Source: an uncultured Ignavibacteria bacterium
GTDB taxonomy: Bacteria > Zixibacteria > MSB-5A5 > CAIYYT01
Assembly (NCBI GenBank): GCA_964468475.1
Contig: CAYXUL010000004.1
Location: 1,811 to 63,490, forward strand
Direction of reading: 5' to 3'
DNA: 61,680 bases
Positions 47,448 through 56,030 of the stretch are shown in pieces (the stretch's first letter is position 1; each line of letters starts with the position of its first letter). The position numbers and the translations under genes are program-made. The notes under the pieces were generated by a model that saw only the letters and a program-made list of their open reading frames with translations, was not told the origin of the DNA and ran no database searches.

Positions 47448-48284
47448 CTACCGACTCGACATTGCGAAGCCGTCCGAGCCATCGTGCCCCATATCGTGGC
47501 AGTCGGTACAAAGGCCTGCTTGAATGCCTTTGCTGAGGAGATACTTCTCTCCTGAAATCAGTGAGTGACACGTTTGGCACTCGATTTTGCCGTCGATCGT
47601 CACGACAGTGCTGGGGATCTGGTCGCGCAGCTTCAGCGTCGAGCCCGGCTTGCGATAGCCAGGGATCAGCTCGATCGAAAATGGGTGAGTTGCTGACACG
47701 TGAAAGCGTGGAAAATCCTCAAGTTGACTGGCATGAGCAGGAAGTCGACCGTCACGATTGTGGCAGGAAAGGCAGAATTCTGACGGGTTTGCTGCAAAAT
47801 TGCCTGTCGTGTCGCTATGGATAATCTCCGCGGCCAGCCTGTGTCCGGGACTGACTTCAGGAGAACTGGAATCACGGTGACAATCGAGACAAATGTCGAC
47901 ACCGCGAATCGCTACCGCAAGCGCTCCGGTGGTCTCGCCGATAACCAGTTTCTCCGGATGATGGAACGAATGGCAGGTCAAACAATTAGCGTTTGCGCCG
48001 GAGTGAAATGGTCCGGATTTTCCCTCGGTCAGGTTGCTGGTCTGGTGACAGCTCAGGCAATCCCTGCTGCTGGGCATGGCACTGAGGTCATCAGCACTCC
48101 CGGACATGCTGGCCTTGCTGGCCTGCATTCGGTGACAGGTACGGCACTCGACAGCGTTGTGCGCAGGAACCGGATTTTCTTCCGCGTCGCCTTCCGGCAG
48201 CCCCCAACCAAAATAGAGAAGCCCGATCATCAAGATCAGAACCGCAGCAGCAACCAGGGAACGAGAATCAAGCTGTAGGCGCAT
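47448..48284 (-). CDS. membrane-anchored heptaheme c-type cytochrome
   Basis: 278 aa. N-terminal TM is SLVAAAVLILMIGLLYFGWGL. I counted 7 CxxCH. Confidence 0.9.
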   Translation of the reverse strand: MRLQLDSRSLVAAAVLILMIGLLYFGWGLPEGDAEENPVPAHNAVECRTCHRMQASKASMSGSADDLSAMPSSRDCLSCHQTSNLTEGKSGPFHSGANANCLTCHSFHHPEKLVIGETTGALAVAIRGVDICLDCHRDSSSPEVSPGHRLAAEIIHSDTTGNFAANPSEFCLSCHNRDGRLPAHASQLEDFPRFHVSATHPFSIELIPGYRKPGSTLKLRDQIPSTVVTIDGKIECQTCHSLISGEKYLLSKGIQAGLCTDCHDMGHDGSDGFAMSSR

Positions 48285-48477
48285 ATTAGGTTTATCGTCA
48301 ACGCCATAAACCGCTATCAGTCTTCACCGATTTTGTCTGTGTCGAAATGAAAAGCACAAGGGGGTGAAATTTGCACACTGCTATGGAATTGAACGGGAGC
48401 TCACAGCCAGGGCGGGTATCGCATTCGCTGTGAAGTTGTGGTGATCGACTCAGGCCATTCCGGCAGCGCAAGGCAAA

Positions 48478-49200
48478 CTATGATTGGTCGCGATCACTTT
48501 CCTGAGCCCCTTCCGGTACGAACTTATATCCGGCTCCCCGCATCGTGAGAATGTACCTGGGGTTGGCAGGGTCGGGTTCGAAAATCTTGCGCAGCCGCAG
48601 GATGAAATTATCAATCGTGCGGGTAGAGGGATAAACATGATACCCCCAGACAGCATCGAGAATCATATCGCGTGAGACGACTTCATTCTCGTGCTCCGAG
48701 AGAAACTTCATCGTCATACATTCCTTCTGCGACAGCTCGGTCTCCCCGCTGGGTCCAACCGCCTGGTAGGTCTTGAAATCCACCCAATTATCGGCAAAGA
48801 CATAGCGCGACTCATCTTTCTCCACCGTGCTGTACCACACTTGTCGTCTGAATATCGCTGCCACCCGCAGCAGCAGTTCCTGCAGATCAAACGGCTTGGT
48901 GAGATAGTCATCGCCGCCGGAAAGGAAGCCTTCAACGCGATCCGATTGCCGATCGCGCGCTGTCAGGAAGAGAATCGGTATTCTTCCGCCGGCTTTACGA
49001 ATTTGGCGGCACACTTCCAGGCCGTCTTTGCCGGGAATCATGATATCCAGGATGATCAAATCGAATTGACCGTCACGATACATTTGCAGCGCTGCGTTAC
49101 CGTCAGTGGCAACCCCAACATCATATCCTTCCGCCTCAAGATTCAATACTAAACCCTCGGCGATATGTTCTTCGTCCTCAACTACCAGAATCTTCTTCAT
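48478..49200 (-). CDS. OmpR/PhoB-family response regulator
   Basis: The start is set at ATG 49200 (MKKILVVEDEEHIAEGL). Receiver Asp is in LIILDIMIPGKDG. The winged-helix end is MRGAGYKFVP. Confidence 0.9.
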   Translation of the reverse strand: MKKILVVEDEEHIAEGLVLNLEAEGYDVGVATDGNAALQMYRDGQFDLIILDIMIPGKDGLEVCRQIRKAGGRIPILFLTARDRQSDRVEGFLSGGDDYLTKPFDLQELLLRVAAIFRRQVWYSTVEKDESRYVFADNWVDFKTYQAVGPSGETELSQKECMTMKFLSEHENEVVSRDMILDAVWGYHVYPSTRTIDNFILRLRKIFEPDPANPRYILTMRGAGYKFVPEGAQESDRDQS

Positions 49201-49225
49201 GTTGTTCTCACAAGTCCTCAGCCGG

Positions 49226-50509
49226 CTAAGCGGCGTTCTCACTCGGCAGTTTAATCACGAAAGTAGTTCCTTTATCTTGCCCCTCCGATTCGATCATCAC
49301 GCTACCCCCATGCTCCCGCACAATCTGCTTGACGAGGAACAAACCGATCCCGGTACCCTTTACCGAACGAGTCTTTTCCTCACCGGTCCGATAGAAGCGT
49401 TCGAACACTTGCTCCTGCTCATGCCGAGCAATACCAACGCCATTGTCGCTGAACCGCAACTCACAGCCGGAATTGGCTCGCTGCAGAGACACTGACAAGC
49501 TCCTGCGTCCCGGTGGAGAATATTTGATGGCATTATCCGCCAGCGCTGTAACTACCCGGCGCAGGGCGTGGTAATCTGTTTTCGCATATATATCGGGTTC
49601 GATGGCTGTAGTCAACTTCAGATCGTACCTTTGAAACATCGGTTTCAGTTCGTCGAGATACTCCTGAAGGTCGGCGCTTAGGTTGGTGCGTACACGTTTC
49701 ATCTTTCGCGACTGCTGGCTCAACCGACCCGCTTCCAGCACGTTGTCAACCAGTCCCTCGAGTCGCTGACAATCTTCAACCATCTTGGGAATGAAAGTCT
49801 TTGATTTCTCTTCAGGAACCCGACCACTCGAAAGCGTTTCCAGGTAAAGTTTGATTGAGGCCACCGGTATCTTCAGCTCATGCGTCACCGCCTGGATGAA
49901 ATTCTCCTGTTGCTGCTTCATTCGCTCGGTCTGTCTCAGAGCGCGGAAAATCATAAATGCGCCCAGCAGCATCAGCAACACGAAGAAGGAACCTTCGGAT
50001 GCAAACATTATTACGTGCCGGTGTGCCTCATCTTCCAGCTTACCGAGTACTTTGGGCCGGAGTTTCAAATCCTGCGGGCTAAACGGGTCATCTTTCAGCT
50101 CACCTCTCAACGCAGATTCATTAACTGCGAGGTCCGGCGCAAACCGCTCAAGCAGGGTCGCTGGATAGTCCCGATCCAGCCACACCAGCGCACTGCCGCC
50201 ATCGATAGTGTTGACATGCAGATACCAGGTCGTGTCGATTTTGCCCACATTCCAGACAACCTCCCCCTCCTTATTCATTACCGTGGCGCCGAGCACCGGG
50301 CGATGAAGCGATTCAGATGACAAATTGGAGGTTCGCAGCCGATCCTGACCGGCGAGATACACAGAATATGTGGGGCGTAGCTCATTGTATTCCTGGTTCA
50401 GGTGGAAGGCTGTGATAGCCGCTGTTTGGCCGGCCTGCTGCTTGTGGAGTTTGAGCTGCTCTTCAGCGGAGTTCACCTGAAAATAAATCCACCACGAAAT
50501 CTGCCCCAT
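49226..50509 (-). CDS. sensor histidine kinase (HisKA + HATPase_c) with a periplasmic sensor domain
   Basis: H-box AVTHELKIPVASI, N-box DNAIKYSP and G-box GTGIGLFLVKQIV. The first TM helix appears to start upstream of the first ATG (see findings). Confidence 0.9.
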   Translation of the reverse strand: MGQISWWIYFQVNSAEEQLKLHKQQAGQTAAITAFHLNQEYNELRPTYSVYLAGQDRLRTSNLSSESLHRPVLGATVMNKEGEVVWNVGKIDTTWYLHVNTIDGGSALVWLDRDYPATLLERFAPDLAVNESALRGELKDDPFSPQDLKLRPKVLGKLEDEAHRHVIMFASEGSFFVLLMLLGAFMIFRALRQTERMKQQQENFIQAVTHELKIPVASIKLYLETLSSGRVPEEKSKTFIPKMVEDCQRLEGLVDNVLEAGRLSQQSRKMKRVRTNLSADLQEYLDELKPMFQRYDLKLTTAIEPDIYAKTDYHALRRVVTALADNAIKYSPPGRRSLSVSLQRANSGCELRFSDNGVGIARHEQEQVFERFYRTGEEKTRSVKGTGIGLFLVKQIVREHGGSVMIESEGQDKGTTFVIKLPSENAA

Positions 50510-50698
50510 GCCGAAGATGGCCAGGGCGAAAAAAATAGCGAGCGCGGAGCCATGCGGCTGTTTCAGTCTGCCAAAGAGTTTTCTGATTACGCACCTCCGC
50601 GGGTGTCAATTGAAATTTCGATGTCGTATCTCGTTCTGGCAAATTCGACTGTAGTGCCAGATGCCAGGGTCATTGCAGACAAGATACCAGGCTGAGAA

Positions 50699-51754
50699 CT
50701 AGATTTCGTCACCATGCGTCTGCGACTGCTCGCCGAGAATTTGCTCTCGTCGTTTTTGGGCGATCGTCTGCAGATCGACCGTGTGATCAAACTCGTCGAC
50801 AATTTCGCGCCCGAGGATTTCTTCCAGCACATCCTCCAGGGTGATCACACCAGAGAGCCCGCCATATTCATCGATCACGACGAACATGTGCTCCCTGCGT
50901 TCGAGAAACATCTTCAATACCCGGTTAAGCCGCCATTTGTCGAGAACAAAATGTACCGGCTTCATTATTTCACTGAGTCGAACATCGTAACGATCCTGAG
51001 CGACTGCGGCCAGGATATCGCGCCTGTGGACAATTCCGCCGATATCCTCGTTGTCCTTAAAATAGACCGGTATGCGGCTGTAACTTACCAATCGTTCATT
51101 CTTTGCGGCATCCGCCACTGTCGAGTCGTGGCTCAACGTGAACAGAACCGTCCGTGGCGTCATCACCTGCCGCACGCGTGCATCGCGCAGTGCCAGGATG
51201 TTTTGAATCACCTCCATTTCATCCTTTTCGATCACGCCGCGACGTAAACCCATCTTGGCCATCACCAGGATCTCCTCGGGCGAAACTTCACCTTCCGTAT
51301 CCTTGCTTTGGAAAAACCTGGTGACGAAACTGGCTCCCCACACAAACGGCATGAATATCCATACCATCACCAGCAGCGGGCGGGCGATTACGGGGGCAAG
51401 CTCGCGCGCGAACACTACGCCCACGGTTTTGGGGATAATCTCAGAGAAGAATAGTATGACAAAGGTGAGCACTCCGGAAAAGATACCCACCCAGGCGCTC
51501 CCCAGAGCCTTGGCGGCAATGGCGCCTGCAATTGCCGCACCGGCGGTGTTGGCGATCGTATTCAGGGTCAAGATAGCGGTGATAGGGCGATTGACCTTCT
51601 TGCGCAGCCTCTTGAGGATTCGCCCGGAGGCATGCTTCTCGTCCGCGAGAGCTTCAACGCGACTGAGCGGCACCGAATAAAGCACCGCCTCGAAGAGCGA
51701 ACACATTGCGGAAATCAGCACTACTGCGACAACGGTACCTATTAATTCTACCAC
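50699..51754 (-). CDS. CNNM/DUF21 transmembrane domain plus CBS-pair protein (CorB/hemolysin family)
   Basis: 351 aa. The DUF21 N-terminus is followed by a CBS pair (VMTPRTVLFTL..., ...VVIDEYGGLSGVITLEDVLEEI). It ends without the CorC_HlyC domain. Confidence 0.85.
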   Translation of the reverse strand: MVELIGTVVAVVLISAMCSLFEAVLYSVPLSRVEALADEKHASGRILKRLRKKVNRPITAILTLNTIANTAGAAIAGAIAAKALGSAWVGIFSGVLTFVILFFSEIIPKTVGVVFARELAPVIARPLLVMVWIFMPFVWGASFVTRFFQSKDTEGEVSPEEILVMAKMGLRRGVIEKDEMEVIQNILALRDARVRQVMTPRTVLFTLSHDSTVADAAKNERLVSYSRIPVYFKDNEDIGGIVHRRDILAAVAQDRYDVRLSEIMKPVHFVLDKWRLNRVLKMFLERREHMFVVIDEYGGLSGVITLEDVLEEILGREIVDEFDHTVDLQTIAQKRREQILGEQSQTHGDEI

Positions 51755-51989
51755 TGGATTTGAATCTCCGCCCCCAGCGCCCTTTGAACCGATATAATTG
51801 ACGGCCTTACTCCGTTTACGAGTATTGTACTATATCTACCGCCTGCGTAGTTCATGACCGCCGGTGAATATACGGGCTGGTCAGGAATAACTCCACATTA
51901 AAAAAGCCCGAGGACCCAGCTTAGCCACAAAACAAAGTTTGCACCGAATTTGTCAGTAACCTATTTTGGAGCCGAGGTAAGCATGTGAC

Positions 51990-52910
51990 ATGCGCGACTT
52001 GAAACGCGAGATAGACCAAAGTCCCGAAATTAACCCTCACGAGGCGATGCGCGCCGGATTGCGGGTCACCTGGTGGGGAATGGCCGTTAACCTCTGCCTT
52101 GCCGCTTTGAAATTCGCCGCAGGTATTCTGGGCAACAGCCAGGCGCTGGTCGCAGATGCTGTGCACTCACTCTCTGATCTGTTCTCCGATGTCGTCGTTC
52201 TGCTCGGTTTGCGTTGGGGACGCAAGGGGGAGGACGCCGATCACCACTACGGTCATGGACGCATCGAAACGCTCAGCACCCTGGTTGTCGGTTTCCTGCT
52301 TATAGCTGTTGGCGTTGGCATCATTTATTCCGCCATTGCTTCGATTTATCATCACGAGTCCTCCCCCCCCGGAGTTCTGGTGCTCCTCGCGGCTCTGGTC
52401 AGTGTCATAGCCAAAGAAGTGCTCTATCGCTACACCATGGCAGTCGGTCGGAGAATCCGCAGCCTGGCTATCGTAGCCAACGCCTGGCACCACCGCTCCG
52501 ATGCTCTCAGCTCTGTTGCTGTGCTCATTGGAGTTGGCGCTGCTTATTTGAATCCCGCCTGGAATATCGCGGATTCGATTGCTGCGATTGTGGTTTCAGG
52601 CTTCATTTTCAAAGTCGGTATATCTCTGACGTGGGGTAGTTTGCGCGAAGTCGTCGACACCGCCCCGGACCGCGAAATTCTTAAGAAGATCGAAGCGAAG
52701 GCATTTGACATCGAAGGTGTCGAGAATGTGCACGACTTGCGTGCTCGCTATTCCGGCTCGGAAATCTTCGTGGAGCTACATATCATTGTGAATCCTGACC
52801 TGACCGTCCGGGAAGGACACGAGATTGCCACCGCAGTAGAAAATCGACTACGCAGCAAAATGCAGGGCGTCACCCGCGTCATTGTCCATGTCGACCCGGA
52901 GATGGACTAG
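51990..52910 (+). CDS. cation diffusion facilitator (CDF) family transporter
   Basis: 306 aa. ALVADAVHSLSDL and NAWHHRSDALSS (HxxxD metal sites in TM2/TM5). The C-terminal cytoplasmic domain ends in VIVHVDP. Confidence 0.9.
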   Translation: MRDLKREIDQSPEINPHEAMRAGLRVTWWGMAVNLCLAALKFAAGILGNSQALVADAVHSLSDLFSDVVVLLGLRWGRKGEDADHHYGHGRIETLSTLVVGFLLIAVGVGIIYSAIASIYHHESSPPGVLVLLAALVSVIAKEVLYRYTMAVGRRIRSLAIVANAWHHRSDALSSVAVLIGVGAAYLNPAWNIADSIAAIVVSGFIFKVGISLTWGSLREVVDTAPDREILKKIEAKAFDIEGVENVHDLRARYSGSEIFVELHIIVNPDLTVREGHEIATAVENRLRSKMQGVTRVIVHVDPEMD

Positions 52911-53160
52911 CACTAACTGGTTGTTCGTCCAACGAAGCCTGGGCTCACAAACACCTCGCCAACAATTAACTCATTCATAACACTACGCTGCATTAAGGTA
53001 ATGACTTAAACGTAGCAGTAACTATAGGCCAGAAAAGTGACTGGGGCTGGTCCCTCCGAGGATGCTTGTGAGCATCTTCATGAAATCCCTCTTCAGCAGA
53101 AACTTATTGTACCGCTAACGTACCGCTAGCAGAAGATCTGAATTATCGCTCGCGTCGGGC

Positions 53161-53511
53161 ATGACCACAGGCTCGGTGAACGAGAACCCGGTTTACGCGG
53201 TGGCGGACCTTGATGGCTGCGGCACGATCCGGTGCAGCATGAACCCGGCGTTCAGTATCAGCTTGTCAGACGCTCCGGCGGATCACCCGTTCTTCGATTC
53301 AGCCGTATACGCAGGCACTTTCAACGGTACTGCTGATTCGTTGAACAACTGGACGGCTCTCTACGCCGCGGGATTCCTGGACGGTGGTTCGGTACCAGAG
53401 CTCCTCTGCGACGACGCAGTCTGTAGTGGTGCTTACTCCTTTGGCGATGCCGTATATATGATTAACTACATCTTCGGAGGCGACCCGGCTCCGAAATGTT
53501 CATGTAGATAG
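53161..53511 (+). CDS. hypothetical; possible remnant of a dockerin-like-tailed secreted protein
   Basis: 116 aa with no signal peptide. The C-terminus FGDAVYMINYIFGGDPAP resembles the tail of the 10308..13160 protein. A 12-codon ORF MKSLFSRNLLYR* at about 53090 looks like a severed leader. Confidence 0.3.
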   Translation: MTTGSVNENPVYAVADLDGCGTIRCSMNPAFSISLSDAPADHPFFDSAVYAGTFNGTADSLNNWTALYAAGFLDGGSVPELLCDDAVCSGAYSFGDAVYMINYIFGGDPAPKCSCR

Positions 53512-53678
53512 CTCGAAAAAGGGGAAAAGACACCTCATCCGACCTTACTTTCCACCTAGAACACCGGTAGCGGCCTCCGGGTGCTACCCGTCTCATTTTG
53601 TGGGGAAGAAACCAACCTAAAATCGCCGGATTTCCGCAAGCAGAATTTGCTTAACGAGTTAACATAATGGGATAAGTT

Positions 53679-53696
53679 TTGTGAAGTATATCACAA
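53679..53696. promoter_or_regulatory. Rex/CRP-type palindromic operator candidate, TTGTGAA-GTAT-ATCACAA
   Basis: TTGTGA-N6-TCACAA is perfect. It lies ~185 nt upstream of the FeS/NrfD/13-heme operon. Confidence 0.55.
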
Positions 53697-53809
53697 TAAC
53701 TGCCGATAAAGAGAATGGGGAAAATCGGACAATGATGCTATTTTATCCTTGACAATTGGAGGTTAAAGTAGCATTAATTGTCTGGATTTGCGGGTGAGTA
53801 GCGGAGACT

Positions 53810-53827
53810 TTGTGAAAAAAATCACAA
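53810..53827. promoter_or_regulatory. Rex/CRP-type palindromic operator candidate, TTGTGAA-AAAA-ATCACAA
   Basis: TTGTGA-N6-TCACAA is perfect, and the 8-bp arms are CTTTGTGA/TCACAAAG. It lies ~55 nt upstream of ATG 53874. Confidence 0.55.
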
Positions 53828-53873
53828 AGTACTCGCTATCCGTTGGAACTATTTTGGAATCGAGGTGAGCATA

Positions 53874-54782
53874 ATGGGTTTCACGCGCAGAGACCTGCTG
53901 AAATGGGCCGCAGTCGGCACGGTGTCGGCGGCTGCCGGTTCCGCTATGGCCGAAGACGACGAATTTGTCGCCAACTGCGACGACAACTACGGTGTACTGG
54001 TAGATACCGTCGTTTGCATTGGTTGTCGCAAATGCGAATGGGCCTGCAATAATGAACACAAATTGAAAAATGCCGATTTGGAGTCTTTTGAGGATAAGTC
54101 GGTATTCGAACACCACCGTCGCCCGACCGACGACGCATATACGGTCGTCAATCGGTTCTGGGCTCCCGAACAGAATGACAAGGCTTATACGATCAAGGTT
54201 CAGTGCATGCACTGCAATTACCCGGCCTGTGTGTCGGCTTGTATCGTGGGGGCGCTTAGCAAGAGCAACATCGGACCTGTGGACTATGATGCCTGGAAAT
54301 GTATCGGCTGCCGCTATTGTATGGTTGCCTGCCCGTTCCAGGTACCGGCCTACGAGTATCAGGAGGCGCTGAAACCCCGGGTACGAAAATGTACTTTCTG
54401 CAAGGAGCGCCTGACCGAAGGTCGTCGCCCCGCCTGTGTATCGATCTGTCCTAACGAAGCTCTTACCTTTGGTACCCGGGATGAACTTATCGAAGTTGCT
54501 CGCGAACGAATCAGGTCGCATCCCGGAAAATACGTTGATCATATTTTCGGTGAGAATGAGATCGGTGGAACCAGCTGGCTTTACCTGGCGGCGACCGATT
54601 TCACAAACACCGAGTTGCCGACTCTCGATTCTGAAAACATCCCTCATCGAACCGAGAGAATACAGCACGGCATCTTCAAATCATTCATCCCGCCAATTGC
54701 TCTTTACGGATTGCTGGGATTGATCATGCAGTCGAAGCCAGACAACGAGGAGAAGGAGGAAGAAGATGTCAGTGCATCATGA
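53874..54782 (+). CDS. Tat-exported 4x[4Fe-4S] ferredoxin subunit (HybA/NrfC/DsrO/PsrB-like)
   Basis: Twin-arginine leader MGFTRRDLLKWAAVGTVSAAAGSAMA. There are four Cys clusters (CIGCRKCEWAC, CMHCNYPACVSAC, CIGCRYCMVACP, CTFC...CVSICP). ATG 53874 is preceded by GAGGTGA. Confidence 0.9.
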   Translation: MGFTRRDLLKWAAVGTVSAAAGSAMAEDDEFVANCDDNYGVLVDTVVCIGCRKCEWACNNEHKLKNADLESFEDKSVFEHHRRPTDDAYTVVNRFWAPEQNDKAYTIKVQCMHCNYPACVSACIVGALSKSNIGPVDYDAWKCIGCRYCMVACPFQVPAYEYQEALKPRVRKCTFCKERLTEGRRPACVSICPNEALTFGTRDELIEVARERIRSHPGKYVDHIFGENEIGGTSWLYLAATDFTNTELPTLDSENIPHRTERIQHGIFKSFIPPIALYGLLGLIMQSKPDNEEKEEEDVSAS

Positions 54783-56019
54783 TATTCCTGCCCCCATCCA
54801 GAAGCCGTTTTTCACCAGAGGAACCCTCATTGTCGCCTTGGTGGCGGCATTAGGTCTCGGGGCTTATATTTATCGGCTCGTATTCGGCCTGCAAAGCGCC
54901 ACCAACCTCAACAATCAATACCCCTGGGGAATCTGGATTGCAATTGATGTGGCATCCGGCGTAGCGCTCGCAGCCGGCGGCTTTACAACTGCGGCGCTGG
55001 CTGACATCTTCCACAAGGAGAGGTATCACGTAATCGTCAGGCCGGCTTTGTTGACTGCAATGTTGGGCTATACATTCGTTGTCATCGGTCTGCTGGCTGA
55101 TCTGGGTCGCTACTATAATGTCTGGCATCCGATGATTCCGACCATGTGGCAGGGCAATTCGGTGCTGTTTGAGGTCGGTATGTGCGTGATGATCTATCTA
55201 ACAGTGCTCTACATCGAGTTCCTGCCGATCGTAGCCGAGCGCTTTGTCGGTCGCGTACACCTTCCCGGGCCGCTCCGGCTACTGAACGGCATCATTGATA
55301 CTTTTCTGAGAGTTTCTCGCAAGTTTCTGGGTCGCTTCATTTCGATCTTCATTATTGCAGGCGTGGTTCTCTCCTGTATGCATCAGTCGTCTCTCGGTAC
55401 GTTGATGGTGATTGCTCCCACCAAGATGCACCCGCTCTGGTACACGAGTTTTTCACCACTCATGTTTCTGCTCTCGGCGATTGCAGTTGGATTTCCGATG
55501 GTAATCTTCGAGTCGATTCTGTCAAGCCGCTCCTTTGGCCTGAAACCGGAGACTGGAGTGCTGGCGTCGATTGCCCGCTATACGCCTTTGCTTCTGGGCG
55601 TCTATCTTGGAGTCAAGATTGTTGATTTGACGATTCGGGAAGCATGGTCCTATGTCCTGGCTTTCGACTACTATTCACTCATGTGGATAGCGGAGATCAT
55701 GCTGGGTGTTGTGATTCCGATCATTATCCTGTCATCCCGGCGTCTCCGCCACAACTTGAACTGGCTGTTTACCAGCGCGGCTCTGGTCATTTTTGGCGTC
55801 GTGTTCAACAGGATCAATGTTTTCCTCGTTGCCTATAAACCACTTTACTCAACCACGACCTATTTCCCCTCGATCTTTGAGCTGGCTGTAACTGCCGGCC
55901 TGATTGCGACCCTGGTCCTCGTTTACAGATTCCTGGTATTGAACTTGCCGGTCATATCTTCCCCCAGAATCGAGAGCGGATCCAGGCCCGAAACCATGAG
56001 TGCTTTCAAGACGGCGTGA
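54766..56019 (+). CDS. NrfD/PsrC-family polytopic membrane subunit (quinone-interacting)
   Basis: 417 aa and about 10 TM helices. WGIWIAIDVASGVALAAGGF is typical of the NrfD family. It overlaps the FeS gene by 17 nt. Confidence 0.9.
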   Translation: MSVHHDIPAPIQKPFFTRGTLIVALVAALGLGAYIYRLVFGLQSATNLNNQYPWGIWIAIDVASGVALAAGGFTTAALADIFHKERYHVIVRPALLTAMLGYTFVVIGLLADLGRYYNVWHPMIPTMWQGNSVLFEVGMCVMIYLTVLYIEFLPIVAERFVGRVHLPGPLRLLNGIIDTFLRVSRKFLGRFISIFIIAGVVLSCMHQSSLGTLMVIAPTKMHPLWYTSFSPLMFLLSAIAVGFPMVIFESILSSRSFGLKPETGVLASIARYTPLLLGVYLGVKIVDLTIREAWSYVLAFDYYSLMWIAEIMLGVVIPIIILSSRRLRHNLNWLFTSAALVIFGVVFNRINVFLVAYKPLYSTTTYFPSIFELAVTAGLIATLVLVYRFLVLNLPVISSPRIESGSRPETMSAFKTA

Positions 56020-56030
56020 GGTGCGCAAAC

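Noticed and set aside
53749-53778. Sigma-70 promoter guess (TTGACA, 18-nt spacer, ATTAAT) between the two operator sites. A similar TTGACA occurs at 10237-10242 upstream of the beta-helix gene.
   Set aside because: The -35 hexamers are perfect but the -10 candidates are weak (4/6 or worse). Without 5'-end data I do not list them as features.
53763-54668. 301-aa minus-strand ORF, the longest unexplained ORF in the track
   Set aside because: It is antisense to the FeS gene. That gene has a twin-arginine leader and four canonical Cys clusters on the plus strand. The minus-strand product has no motifs and an Arg/Gly-rich shadow-frame composition.
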